Origin: Blastocystis sp. subtype 4
Lineage: Eukaryota
DNA length: 64,000 nt
Assembly (NCBI RefSeq): GCF_000743755.1
Contig: NW_014569541.1
Location: 1-64,000, forward strand
Direction of reading: 5' to 3'
Of this stretch, positions 14,597 through 27,377 are shown one piece after another (within the stretch, counting starts at the first letter, position 1; each line of letters opens with the position of its first letter). The position numbers and the translations under genes were made by a program. The notes beneath the pieces were generated by a model. It was not told the DNA's origin. It did not search any database and saw only the letters and a program-made list of their open reading frames with translations.

Positions 14597-15331
14597 CTAC
14601 ATATTGCATTTTCGACGAAGTAAAACGTTCTCTTTCTGGAGAGCAGCCAACATCTTTGTGTAGTCTTCAATTACTTCGTCTCTCTCTTTCAAGGCTTGTT
14701 GTAAATCCAGAATGTCTGTTGTCATCGACTGAAGTTTCTCTATGAGCTGTGCATCAATACCAAACAAAACTAAAACCATTTCATATACATCTTGTCTCAA
14801 CTGAACCATCGTCGGTTCTTTCTCAACACTCTCTTCTGCAACAGAAATTTCCTTTGTTGCAGAAGACTGCATCGTTGGTTGTACAACAGATTCAGGTTTC
14901 TGGTATATGTCTTCCTTCTCATGGACCGCAGTAGGCTCTACAGGCGCTTCTTTGGAAGAAGAGGCATCCACTTCTTTCGGAGTTGCACTCACATTTTTCG
15001 TGTTACCTTCCTGTGTAACCTATATACAACAATACAAAACAATTCAGTACTAATTCTCACAACCTCTTCATTACCTCCTACCCTGTTTTTGACCTTTGGC
15101 AGATCGCGAATTCTTTTTCTTCTGTATGCGAGGAGCACAAAATGCGGCACTCTTCAAATCATTGCTTTCAGTCTTCTTCTTTGTATTCCTAGAAATTGAG
15201 CAATCTTCAAAGAATAACTTCGCCTTCTTTTCTGTCTTCTTCTTTTGCTCCATCTTTTCCTCATCTTTCTTCTCCCACAACTCATCCAACACATTAAACC
15301 GATTGTACAAATTCTCTTGACGTACTGACAT
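14597..15331 (-). CDS. Hypothetical coiled-coil protein
   Basis: Two charged ORFs (15071, 14597) separated by short intron-like segments; 3' end uncertain. Confidence 0.45.
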
Positions 15332-15425
15332 ACTGTGATTAAAGTTGGAACAAACAATGACTAACAATGTCAAAACTAACAAATAACACACAGAAGAATC
15401 CAGAAACTATCAACGAATTCCTACG

Positions 15426-17641
15426 TCACATTGACAACCTGGTATAGAGTGCCTGAACGAGTTGTCCTACGGCACTTGACGGCTCATATAAGGATTGTAA
15501 GTGGTGGAAACACCCCAATACATTTGGTATCTGTGATAACTGAGACCGTTCCTCTTCTATATATCAATCCTCTTTCTATGTACCACGAGACCGTGTCAAC
15601 ATATCCAACAGAGTCAGTGATGTGTGGAGAACAGCAACAGACTGTTCATTACTTTGAATTACCGAAACTGTCAACTCCACAACATGATGGGAACGAAGGA
15701 AGCTCCGACACTTCTCATCTCCATGTTACATTGGTCTCAATGCATACCTTTCAACACACTGTACAAGAGGGATACACCTTGAAGAGACACTTGAGAATCT
15801 GTTTTGAAGGAATCGATCGAATCGAGAATAAACGGAAGAGTCAGTCGACTGTACAACAAAGAACAAATATGACCATCTAGCATTCATATCACTTCCTACT
15901 CCCTACCTGATAAAGAGAGATTAAACAACACGCCAAGACAATTCCGTTGAATTCCCGCATGTGTGGGATATGTTTGCAGACTGTGGACAATACCATCTAC
16001 TCCCTCAGTGACACGACTTCGGGAAGATTCATCCAACGATACTTTCCACAGAATTCCCGTGAGTAACTGAACAGTGGAATCAATAACAACCGTGTTCAGT
16101 AACTGGATAACAACCGTACAGTAATTCATCTCAATCAAGACTTTACAGAATAATTCTATCACTTAGTCAATCATACATACCTTACTGTTCGAAGCTAATA
16201 CGGCTACAACCAAACTATAGGATCCAATCAGAGACTCATTCTTAGACTGATTCCGCAGTACTCCATACAAAGATTGAAACAGCCCCGATTTCTGTAATTC
16301 CTTTAAACAGCGATCTTCATTGGCTACCTATGATCAAGACAGTAGAAACCAACAATGTCGAATCACTTTAGTGAGAAGCGAACATAGATAGCGAATAAGA
16401 TCAGCATCGGTATGTTGCTGAAGAACATCAGCAGCTACTTCAAATACACCTTCATCGAGTAACACACGAGCAGCTTCGGCTCCGCCAGAAGCAGCAATCC
16501 ATTCCATTGATCGTATTCCATGAGCACAAATCTCATCTTGGGTTGGATGTGACAAAATACTCATCAAAACACATCCAATCACATTTCGAGAATATACCTC
16601 CGGAAGAGACTCGTTCTCAGAAGAACAAATGGAGCGAATGCATAGAAGTGCTTCTTCTACCAGTTTCGGATTCACCTGAACCAGATTCAGCACCTTCACT
16701 ACCAAAGCAACACCGTCATTCTGAAGGACTTCGGAACGACTCTGTTCATCACGATTCAACTCAAAGACAATCCGAATGCAACATGAAGATAAGCCTTGAT
16801 TAGTAGGGAATCGGGACACAATAGGAAGAGCTAAATGACAAAAATGGTGATGACAGAGGAATTGACGTCCAGACACTAGATGAAAGGAATCTAACGAGAG
16901 TACTTGATTTGGACAGACCATCAAAGACCATGATCAACCCGAATTGAATAAACTCATTCTCTGCATACAATTGAATGAGTTGTGTAATGGATTGAAGGAG
17001 CAAAGAAGTAAGGAGCTGCTCGTGAAGAGTGACTATTGTTAATACCACTTCCGACTTGGACCATGTTCGGCAAGAACACTGAAATTAGAAATCATCTGCT
17101 GAATCACATTCACGTTCGACTGCCATCGCTTTTCAATCTTCAGAAGCGTCTGTAGAATTCCATCCAACTGTTCATCAGGAATCACACACCCTGCATGTCA
17201 ACACGTTATCGTTCCAATACCTGAAGATCCATAGGTAGATAGAACAGCGAGTTCAAGTGACAACACAGATTCACTAGCTAATCGAGAAATTTGACCACAA
17301 AGATATTTAATGAGTCCTTGAGAGACAAAACAACGTTGGCAGGAAGCTAGACATCATCATTCTTTCTCAAGCCCACGGAATCGAGAATAGGCAATCAAAC
17401 AGTGACAACCCAGTGTTACAACAGCCTTCACTGTACTATTGTCACGAATCGACTGCGAGACTGTTTCCACGATCGGAAGAGAAGCAAGCATATTGTCATC
17501 CAATTCTAAGGATCACCTAAACTCACAATCCAAACCTTCCTTGCATGAATCCAACAAGAATCGTAATCCACGTACTTGAACATTCTTATCTCTCCCAGAC
17601 TGTGATAGTACTTTCAGTGTTGATGCAATCTGAACATCCAT
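15426..17641 (-). CDS. Armadillo-repeat protein
   Basis: Repeated helical motifs (HAGIQRNCLGVLFNLS, LVEEALLCIRSIC) across many short introns; last exon ambiguous (alternative end at 15390). Confidence 0.65.
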
Positions 17642-17738
17642 TCCTTGCTTTGTAATAATCCGCCAACATCTCTCCAGAACCGCAATTACGCGTCTTCACT
17701 TGTCCTCTCATTCTCCTCTAGCAAGAAACTCTAATCGA

Positions 17739-18925
17739 ATGCTCAGCAAAGTTGCACAGGCTTCAGCAGCCACTTTTGTACTTCCTAGCGCTTTATCCAC
17801 TCATCTCTAGATCCGCTCCCTTTCCACCGCCGCTCCTGGTCTCGTAGGATGCTACGCTTATATACGATAGATAGATGACAGTGAGAGATGCTCTCAATCT
17901 GGCAATGGACGAAGAGATGGCAAGAGACCCTAAGGTATTTCTCATGGGTAAGGAAATGGAGTATCCTAACTAACAAATAGGAGAAGAAGTCGGCAAGTAC
18001 CGTGGTGCTTACAAAGTATCCCAGGACCTCTATAAGAAATACGGACCCGAGAGAGTGATCGATACACCTATTACAGAGATGGGATTCGCTGGACTGGGTA
18101 TTGGTGCTGCTCAGAAAGGACTTCGCCCCATTATCGAGTTTATGACATGGAACTTTTCAATGCAGGCCATTGACCAAATTGTAAATTCGGCTGCCAAGAC
18201 CTACTACATGTCGGGAGGTAAGATCCATGTTCCTATAGTATTCCGTGGACCCAATGGTGTGGCAGCGTCTGTCGGTACATCCTATTGTTCTGCTCTCACC
18301 TCTAGCCGCTCAGCACTCTCAGTGTTTCGCCGCATGGTACTCGAGTGTCCCTGGACTGAAGGTACTTGCTCCCTACAATAGTGAGGATGCTAAGTGTATG
18401 TTGAAGGCAGCTATTCGGGATGATAACCCAGTCGTGTTTTTGGAACATGAGTTGATGTATGGAGAAGCCTTCCCTGTGAGTGAGGAAGTGTTGAATCCAG
18501 ACTACATTTATGAGATTGGAAAGGCAAAGATTGAACGCGAAGGATCCGATGTCACTCTGGTCTCCTTCTCTCGTGGAGTGGGACGCTGTCTGGAGGCAGC
18601 CAAAGAACTGGAAAAGGAAGGAGTAAGTGCTGAGGTGATCAACTTGCGCACGCTTCGTCCGATGGACCGTCAAGCAATTGTGGAGAGCGTTAAGAAGACG
18701 AATCACATTGTCACGGTGGAAGAGGGATGGCCGCAATCAGGTGTGGGTGCAGAGATTGCTGCCTTGTGTATGGAAACTGATGCATTCAACTATCTGGATG
18801 CTCCTTTGGAGAGAATCACGGGAGTGGATGTACCTATGCCATATGCGTTCAATTTGGAAGCACTTGCTGTTCCGCAGGCTTCAAATGTGGTCAATGCTGT
18901 TCACAGAGTTCTGGGAACAAAGTAG
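17739..18925 (+). CDS. PDHB: Pyruvate dehydrogenase E1 beta subunit
   Basis: [60 protein letters not shown]-terminal targeting-like peptide. Confidence 0.96.
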
Positions 18926-19106
18926 GGTCTTTTCTTTCTTATCTTCAATGTTTGTTTATACTTTCTGGACTCTTCTCAAAGGGAAACAAGATGGGTATTC
19001 TTTCTTTACACAATGTCGTCAGCTCTCCCAAATAAGAAGGAATCGATCCAATATATTGTGCAAAATATCACAGAGCACTATCAAGAAGATACACAGAGTT
19101 CGTTCA

Positions 19107-20425
19107 ATGTCTGGTTCACTCTTATCTCTATCATTTGTTGTCTTATTTTGGGGTAGAACTTTGGTGAAATAATCTCATTACTGGTAGAATGATCATTCAA
19201 AAACGGTGGAAGTCGTTCCCTTGTGTTATTTTATTTCTCTGCATGGGATATGCATACCAGGCTGTGTTATGTACACTCTTTCCTAATGGGAAATGGAAAC
19301 CAACCATGCTTTTTTATAGTGACTACTATCATTTGTTGGAGTTTTTCCTATTGCCACTGCAAATGTTTCGCTATGGGTTGCATCCAGTCTTCTCCTCAAT
19401 TCTAGATTTCAAATTAATCTTTCCTCTCTCATCCGTGGTGTGCAATCTGTTGTTTTCATCTCTCTAGGAGAGAACATACTCTTCATGTTCCTCTTCTCAT
19501 ATCTCCTAACGATCCTTCCTCCGTTTCTCGGACTACCGAGCTTTTCTCATTGGTCCATTCTTGCCTTCTGTACTCCCATGATGGCGTCTGATTCTTCCTT
19601 CTCCTTAACCCTCTTTAAGTCACGATCATGTAGTGAGCAGTTGACAACTCTCATGGAGGGTGATGCCATCATCAGTGAAGCTATCGCTGTTCTAATCTTC
19701 AAGGCGGTGGTGGAAATGCAGTTTAGTGATCCTTGGAGTACCATCCTCTACTGTCTCCAATTCACCTTCTTCACTATTCTCCTCGGGCTCTTTGCTGGCT
19801 TTACTTCGTCGCTTTTGTTGCGATCGCTTCATAGGAATGAGTCTCACCTGAACCTAAGCGAAGTCACACTCAGTATTCTGGTACCTATCATGGCCTATAT
19901 GCTTTCGGATGGACTTCATCTCTCATCATCCATTGTTGTTCGTATTTGTGGCATTTATATGGCTCGCTATTCCCAATTCATCCTCAATACCAAAACATAT
20001 CCAGTGTTCAGTTTCCATAGTTATTCCTTCATGTAGTCGTCTATTTCTAAAAATGCTTATCAACTTGTTAGGCCAATGTGCGGACTATGGTACCTTCTTT
20101 TTGATCGGTATCCTCTCTTTTCTCTATCATCCTCTTCAACTAGATATCCGATGGACTTTTCTCGTGTTGTTCATTCTCCACATTTCTAGATACACTGCAA
20201 TGGCAACAATGCTCGATATTGTCCAATGGAAAAGAAAGAAACCCCTTCTCAAGAATACTAGTGAAGAGAATATTCTGAATCTGACCTTTCGAGGCAGTGT
20301 ATCTCTGCTTCTGGCAATGCGGCTAGAAGGGGAGTTGATCGACACAATGGGTGTTCGAATTATTTTCTGTACCCTATTACTCTCAGTTTGGGCCTCGGTG
20401 GCTAATGTGCTAGTAGGAATGACGT
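19107..20425 (+). CDS. Divergent Na+/H+ exchanger (CPA1)-like membrane protein
   Basis: FFLLPLQMFRYG, EGDAIISEAIAVL, AYMLSDGLHLSSSI, FRGSVSLLLA resemble NHE helices; end either poly(A)-made at 20425 or TAG at 20481. Confidence 0.65.
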
Positions 20426-20492
20426 TTCCGGTTTGTTCATCAACAATCACTTCCATGATGTGTAATATTCAATTGCTTTAGTCCATATCTAT

Positions 20493-20823
20493 TTACTTCT
20501 CCTTTTCTGCCTGCTGTTGTTCATAGAGCTTCTGTCTTCTCTTATAACTATGTTACATGAATCAGTCTATCCACTTACTCTTCATATTGGCATTTCTCAT
20601 ACGCATGTCTCAATTCCACACACTTGTTAGGTAGGTAGAAGTTTTCATTACGGCATTTATTCAGCTTGATTAGGATATGCGCACAGTAATCCCTCCAAGC
20701 AATTGGAATTCGAGCATCCTTCATCTCCTGCTCAGTGGCAATCATCTTTGCTATATCATTATTCCACAACCCCACAAAATTATCTACGTTGTTCCATACT
20801 GTATGCTTCCCCTTACACTTCAC
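20493..20823 (-). CDS. NDUFB7: Complex I subunit NDUFB7 (B18)
   Basis: MIATEQEMKDARIPIAWRDYCAHILIKLNKCR...CVELRHAYEKCQYE/DYKRR twin CX9C. Confidence 0.92.
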
Positions 20824-21351
20824 AAATGAGTATAGAGAAACAAATTGGGTCGTGGCCCAAATAATTGGGCCCTATTATATGAAGGTTGGATTTGGAATTG
20901 AGGTTTTTCGAGTTGATAATCTCCTATAGATGGTGGAGACATGATTTTACATTGTGATTGTCAACAAATAGGATCTTTGAATACAACAAACTTACAGGAA
21001 TGGCGAAATCTAAAGAAGATTAGGTATTGGAAGGAAATGGTGGATTGGATCATTCCCATGCATCAAGAAGGTGATACATTCCGAGTGCCCAGTCCCGTCT
21101 TTACGCATCTAGTTTAGCGTCTATCACATGGAGTGCGTGAATGACGATGATGAGATGCGGTAACGTGTTGTGAGATGAATCACTGCATACCTAAAAATAC
21201 AGAATATACACCAATAATATGATTCCTGTGTCTTGCACGTTGGAATCCGAAGTCTCGAAATATAGAGGATCCATTTATGGTACTATCTGCTCAAGAACAC
21301 ATCATTCTGTGACAACAAACACTCCAGAGAAAGATAAATGACACAATACAA

Positions 21352-22452
21352 CTACTTTTCATATACCACTAGCTGAGATTGGGCAATACGCGAATCATTC
21401 CACATCTTTGCAAACAAACGTACATCCTACAGATTATGGACTTCCCAAACTCCTACTGGTTTCTTAGACAAATACTCTAAAAAGGGAGTCATTTCAGCTA
21501 ACTCTCGATCATTGACATTATCGATAAACGGAGTACACTCGATACCATTCTTTGGCTGAAATTTGTAACTAACTGCAGCATTGTCAATCATCACCACTGA
21601 CTTCAGATCGCGACCCAACAACCCCAAATCCTTCACAAATACACCATCGGAGCAAACACAGTGATCTCGAAACAAACGATACGCAATATATCCATTAGGG
21701 TCCATCTGGTCCAGTAAGGGATCAGCATACTACATATCAACCTTGTTTGTTACTCTCACCTTCTTTAACGAAGCCGTGTAGATGATCACTTCGTAAAACT
21801 GACTCATATGTTGAATAAACTCACAAGCTCCAGGTCGTCGATACACATACACATTATAAACGTTCCCTTCAATTTCCACAGGGATAATGTACTGACAGTT
21901 CTGGGTAGGCTGGAATGTTGAGTGTACCAAAGTCTCATCTAAATCCAATACTAAGGTTTTCTTTCCTTTATCACATGGTCGTTGCTCTCCCAGATAGGGG
22001 GCCAAACCCATCGGTTCAGGTTCAGGCTCAACAATAGGCTCGCTTCCTGGAACCAGAGGAGTGGCTGTGTCATCAACAGAAACACTCTTGCTTCGTAGTC
22101 GACAAGAGGACAGTAATCGTTTCCAAAACTACAACTCACAAGATAACGTAAAACCTACACCTCCTCGTTTAGAATCCTCACGAAGAATACTCTTCGTCTC
22201 CTCAGGATTTTCAGTAGGCGTCTGCTTCAATGATCCATCTTCTGAAGCAGAATATACTGTATTCAACAGGTCTTTGTGGAAGACGGCTGTCTGCAGACTT
22301 TTTGGGATATGCGATGTCTCAGTACGTGCGAAAATAATTGGATTCCGCTTCTTGGCCACGAAAGCTAATTCTCAACGAATCCATAAAATATCACTTGGAT
22401 CATTTTCATCCTGAGACACTGATGAATTTACAGCCTTCGAAGTCTTGTTCAT
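21352..22452 (-). CDS. CTD small phosphatase (SCP/FCP1-like HAD)
   Basis: KKTLVLDLDETLVHS, RPG...F, YTAS, RLFRDHC, VKDLGLLGRDL, IDN. Confidence 0.92.
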
Positions 22453-22526
22453 TCTTTTCGGAATGGTGTTTCTTTATAGAAAGAACAATTTATGACTTAT
22501 AAGTAACATCAGTGAATTCAGAGTAT

Positions 22527-22599
22527 GCCTCAATAGCTCAGTTGGTAGAGCATCCGCTTCGTAAGCGGCAGGTCGTGTGTTCGAATCCCACTTGGGGCT
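22527..22599 (+). tRNA. tRNA-Thr(CGT)
   Basis: GCCTCAA/TTGGGGC acceptor stem, D-arm GCTC..GAGC, loop TTCGTAA, TTCGAAT T-loop; single mismatches in anticodon and T stems. Confidence 0.88.
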
Positions 22600-22644
22600 C
22601 TCTTTTCTATTCGACAGAAATCTGTTTTGGACAACAAACAGTCA

Positions 22645-23923
22645 AAACCTTCAATTCCTCCAACACCAAATCATTGAATCCCAGAACATTTAACGGTGAA
22701 CCCCATAGGGCATGCACGGCTCCTTTTACGCAATGATACTTTACATTCAGCCCACTATTTTTCATCTTTTCATACGCCGCTCGAGCCGGAATTCGCAAGG
22801 GATCATACTCATTGGTGATCATTACAGTCTCCGGGAATGAAGCAAACTCATCACATAACACTGGCGAACTCAAAGGATCGTTCACATTCTCTTCGGTCTC
22901 AAAATACCAGTCCACCATATACTCCCCAATCCAGCTACTCAAACCCCATGTGTTCTCAAGTATCAGATTCCTTTCTTCCCATGTGTATTCTTCCGCAGGA
23001 ATCGCACGTGAATCCATAGCTGGGTAAATCAACACCAATTTCCTAAAGATGTTGCTGTGAAACTCACGAAGAGCCATTTGAACAAGAGCACAACTCAACT
23101 GGCCTCCAGCACTATCACCGAACAGAACAATCCGATTTTCATCGATATGAAACTCCTCCTTGTGTTGCAGAATATACTAGAGTTCAGTAGTTACAACAAT
23201 ACCAACCATCAAACAATCGTAACAATCATTAGAAGCTGTTGGGTGTTTATACTCAGGAGAGAGTCGGTAATCAATGTAGGTCACAACACTATTTGTCTTC
23301 AGTGCATAATCACACAACACACGTTCGGATTTACTCCGATTGGCAAATACCCAACCCCCTCCATGACAAAAGAATAGAAGAGGTCGTGAAGGCTCCGAAG
23401 CAATACTCTCAGGAGTATCTAATCCTGATCCGTTCCGAATTCAACTACATGTGTACATATCAATTTTGGCACCGTCCCGAACTGGAATGGTAACACGGTC
23501 TGCAAGAATACCCTTTCCTATGCATAATTGGATACAAACAACCCTACGTTTAACTAATTTGTTCTTATCCACTGTGATCAGCCTACGAAGACGCATAAAA
23601 CGAGCCTTATCTTTTTCTTGTCCCCTAGTTGTGATAGATCATGTACAGAACTACTTTCCAAACATAAAGTCCATATAAACATACATAGCAAAAGAAAATG
23701 CATTTACATAAATCGACATATTGTGATTGTACGTACAAATGTACACCACTGAACCCAAAAACAGTATCAAACAAACGGAAAGCAAAATTCGACACAGTCC
23801 CATTCGAGTCCACAAAAAGATAAGAAAACAATGACACATCCGTACACAGAATCCCACAGAAACGCTTTTGGCAATTCCAATCTTCATAAGATAAGATATT
23901 GTATGATAGGACGCAGTAGTCAT
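22645..23923 (-). CDS. GDXG/HSL-family alpha/beta hydrolase (esterase/lipase) with N-terminal TM region
   Basis: HGGGW, GDSAGG, EYDPLR, GAVHA; start approximate; end inferred from poly(A)-made stop. Confidence 0.88.
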
Positions 23924-24133
23924 TAATTCCAGAGCTTACTCAAATTGTTCCATTCACTTGATTACCATCCGTCCACTTGCAATATATACTCCAATAGAAG
24001 AATGATTGAACTATCACTGATCCGATAATCCTGGGAATTCATGTATTCCGGCGGATTGAGTCAATTCAGAATCATTTCTAACTAGAAGAGATCTGTTCTC
24101 ATCCAAATACGTTGAAATCGGTTACACCAGTCG

Positions 24134-25568
24134 ATGGATTCTACTGATATACAACGCCAGAAGATTCTACAAGAGGTGAATGAATTGTTAAGAGTACGAT
24201 ATAACTACCTTTATTAAGAGAAAGTGTGGTGATATGACAATCGGTCAGTTCTTGGATTCCACTCCTAGTGCTATCGAGTTGGATAGTACTATTTACTTAG
24301 TTTGTCTCTTACGTGATAATATGCTCTCGTTATCAACTGTATAAGTTGCTCTCTGTTGTTATTGTAGAGATTGCGTTGTTTACTGCTTCTGGCAAACATA
24401 TCAAGGATTAACCAGTATTATGGTACTTATGTTTTTGACTTAATCGGTGATGTTTATATGCATGTTGGACTTCCTCCAATTGCTTCATTTCTAGTCTCCT
24501 GTAAAATATGAACGTTTACTGTGTTCATGGATTCTTACTAAACTTATCTATCGATATAATGTAAGTTTGGAAAACCTGTTTATTTGCAGAATGTTCTTCT
24601 GTCGGACATACCAACAATGCAGGATGATGGTAATAGTCGTGTAGGTGGATATTAGTTCCTGAACACTAGGTTAAGCATTTCTTTCAACGAAAGTATCCGT
24701 TGAGGCTAACAAAAACAGGATTTCCTCCATTCGCTTACTACAGTTCGTATCCTCTAGGTAATCTTTGGTTCTTGTTGTGATAGGATAGAGGATACTGATT
24801 TGGACGATTATGCTCAACGAAGTTGTCATCAACTTGTATTTAACAAGCCCAGTTTTTCCCGTCCCAGTCTCTCCTTTGATTCAATACCTGAGGATTTGGA
24901 TTTTATCTTTCCTCCTGCCCATTCGCTCTCTTTCTTATATATTCCAGTTTATACCAGTGATATCAACACTATTCAAGACATCGTATTACACAGTACCACT
25001 ACTTCTCTCACAGATTCCGAATTGGAAATTGTTGGGATCCCAAGAATTATTTATCTCTAGCTAGCAGAAGATTCATGGGTTCTTCGTGAAGCCATACGCC
25101 ATCTGATCGATTCAAATGAATTGTTGCCTGAGCGGTTATGTTCTATGATAGTGGCGAATCCAATGGTGGCAATGGAGTGTATTCGGGAATTCATGGAATC
25201 GACACAAGCCCAGAGTTGTTTGGATGTGATTCTTAAGTCACCTTTGTCAGTATCAGTCCTACATGTAGCAAGTCAGATGATGGCATTACCAAATGTTCCA
25301 GTGGATTTCTTTGTGTCATTTATGGAACTTACCTATGATCGTATCTTAGAAGTGGATGAAGAACAGGAACAGAATCACCTTCTTCAATGCTTTTGTTTCT
25401 ATTTATCAGGTGTATTTAAGAATCATTTAGGTCCTGAAGAGGTATGTGAGGGATAGGGTTGTAAGATGTAGAGGATACGAGACATTGTAGAGAGGCTATA
25501 TGATTCATTTGATGACATTCCTGAAGTAGTATGTGTGTTTGCACTTGTATGTGGAGAACTCAATATAT
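24134..25568 (+). CDS. CNOT11: CCR4-NOT subunit 11-like protein
   Basis: IVANPMVAMECI...PLSVSVLHV...VPVDFFVSFM...QNHLLQCFCFYL aligns by eye to the CNOT11 C-terminal domain (LVENNPLVA...QNRLVRLVCVFL). Confidence 0.7.
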
Positions 25569-25693
25569 TATCTGTTTGTTTTTAAAGTAAAAAATCGTGA
25601 ATCCACTTTATCGAGAAGTTCTTATGTCATAGAATGATCTCAACTTCATTTTCTTCTCCTTATGGTTATTCTTCTCTGATTGCAACAAACAGT

Positions 25694-27149
25694 TTAATGA
25701 ATATCCACATAGGATAAACCATACTTCACAATACTATCGCGTGTATGTTTCTTATACTCTTCTCGGAGTTCTACTCTGTATTCCTTCACCTTTCTCATCG
25801 TAATCAAACGACGACTTACATCACGATACAAGTCATCTTGCGAAGTCGCTACCCACTCTAAACAAGGATGTTCTGGAACCTCTTTCACTCCTCGACTACA
25901 GTGAATCCCCTTCTTCATACCTACACTCCTGTTGTTGGCAGTAAATAACTGATTCGACCTCTCATTACCAACGAACGAGCAGCCATATCCAACAGGTCCA
26001 CAATCAAATCATCTGGATCATAGATTTCAGTTCGAGGAATGAATCCCTCTCCTATCTCAAGAGGAGGATTCTCACCCATTTTGGAACATGTCTTACGAGC
26101 TCCAGCACGAATTCCATACGGAGGATCACATAGAATTCCATCCATTCTTCCTCATCAAGTAACAAGCAAGCATACCTATTCTCCACCAGCAATGGTAGTC
26201 GTGATAAATCAGCTCGAATCAATTCTGGGAAAGCCAGTTTGTACTGCTCAAAATTACTACGTACAGACTCAGCTTTCTTCCCTTTCTTGATTCCTTTCAG
26301 TACTCGAACATCAATATCTGTTCCCACACAGGTTGCTCCATGTACTGTCGCAGCTATCAGTAGACTCCCTGTACCTGCAAAGCAATCCCAGACGATCTTG
26401 CCTCGTTGCGAAAGGACCTGATTGGACATTAGGAACGATAGCTCTGCACAGGTAGATGTGGGACCTAAATATTTCCGCTTCTTCAGGTCATAGTCGTTTG
26501 CGACAGTACGCTGACCATTTGCAACGAAACGACCTAAATAGACTTGCTTCACAACTAAGGTTAAAGGAAGGAGAAAGAAGAACCTGAACCAATATGACCA
26601 TAGTCAAAGGCTAATGTAATAGTCATTACTGGATTCTTCATTCGAACAGGACCTGAAATTGTTGTGTGTTGCGTGAACTTCTCATATAAGCTGTGCAATT
26701 CGGTAGTAGGAATATCTCTCCCAAAACTCTCTATACTAATCCTCCACGACTCTTCATGCTATAGGTTACATTATTCTATACTCATTTACGGCTTTGTGAG
26801 AATCAAAGAAATCTTTAGGATACTGATCCATTTTCTTTATTAAAGTGTCGAATGAATCCGCTTGATCCCAATATTCATATATAGCTTTCACTAACACTGC
26901 TCGTGAAGCAATCTGTTTCTGATTCACTTAAAACTATTTCCTACAGCTCTAGCTGCATCAATATTCGGAAGGTCAACTACCAAAAATGGAGACTCTTCAT
27001 GGTAAGTTGAACTATCCTCAAATTCATCATTAAAAGATATACATCGAGTACACATCCTTCGAATTCAATCCGTTCAGTTCTAGCAAAGAATCCAACTCCG
27101 GAAGTCGAAACGAGAGATATGATTGGGCAAACTGGATGAAGAACTTCAT
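25694..27149 (-). CDS. TRM11: tRNA m2G10 methyltransferase Trm11
   Basis: MKFFIQFAQSYLSFRLPEL, YDLKKRKYLGPTS, DCFAGTGSLL, DPPYGIRAG. Confidence 0.9.
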
Positions 27150-27305
27150 TTTCACACGTCTCTCGAACAGATTCTCCTTGGTAGGACAATTATGTATCTT
27201 CTCCAAAACTCTCCAACTTGAAGAAGGGATCCATTGGAACTATCTACACTTTTTATTTCCTTCCGATGTTCTCTCGTAAGAATGAAACGTGGAAACAACT
27301 CATTC

Positions 27306-27317
27306 TTCCCGCGGGAA
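27306..27317. promoter_or_regulatory. Palindromic TTCCCGCGGGAA in a divergent promoter
   Basis: Perfect 12-bp palindrome (two overlapping E2F-like half sites) between head-to-head TRM11 and the transporter gene. Confidence 0.3.
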
Positions 27318-27377
27318 TAGAAGTTTGGTAATACAGTTTTCTTATTTGGTACTTCTGTATATAGATGAATCTCTGCA

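Noticed and set aside
20930..21300. Possible ncRNA or small gene between NDUFB7 and the CTD phosphatase
   Set aside because: No snRNA, snoRNA or RNase P/MRP motifs recognised; peptide frames ambiguous
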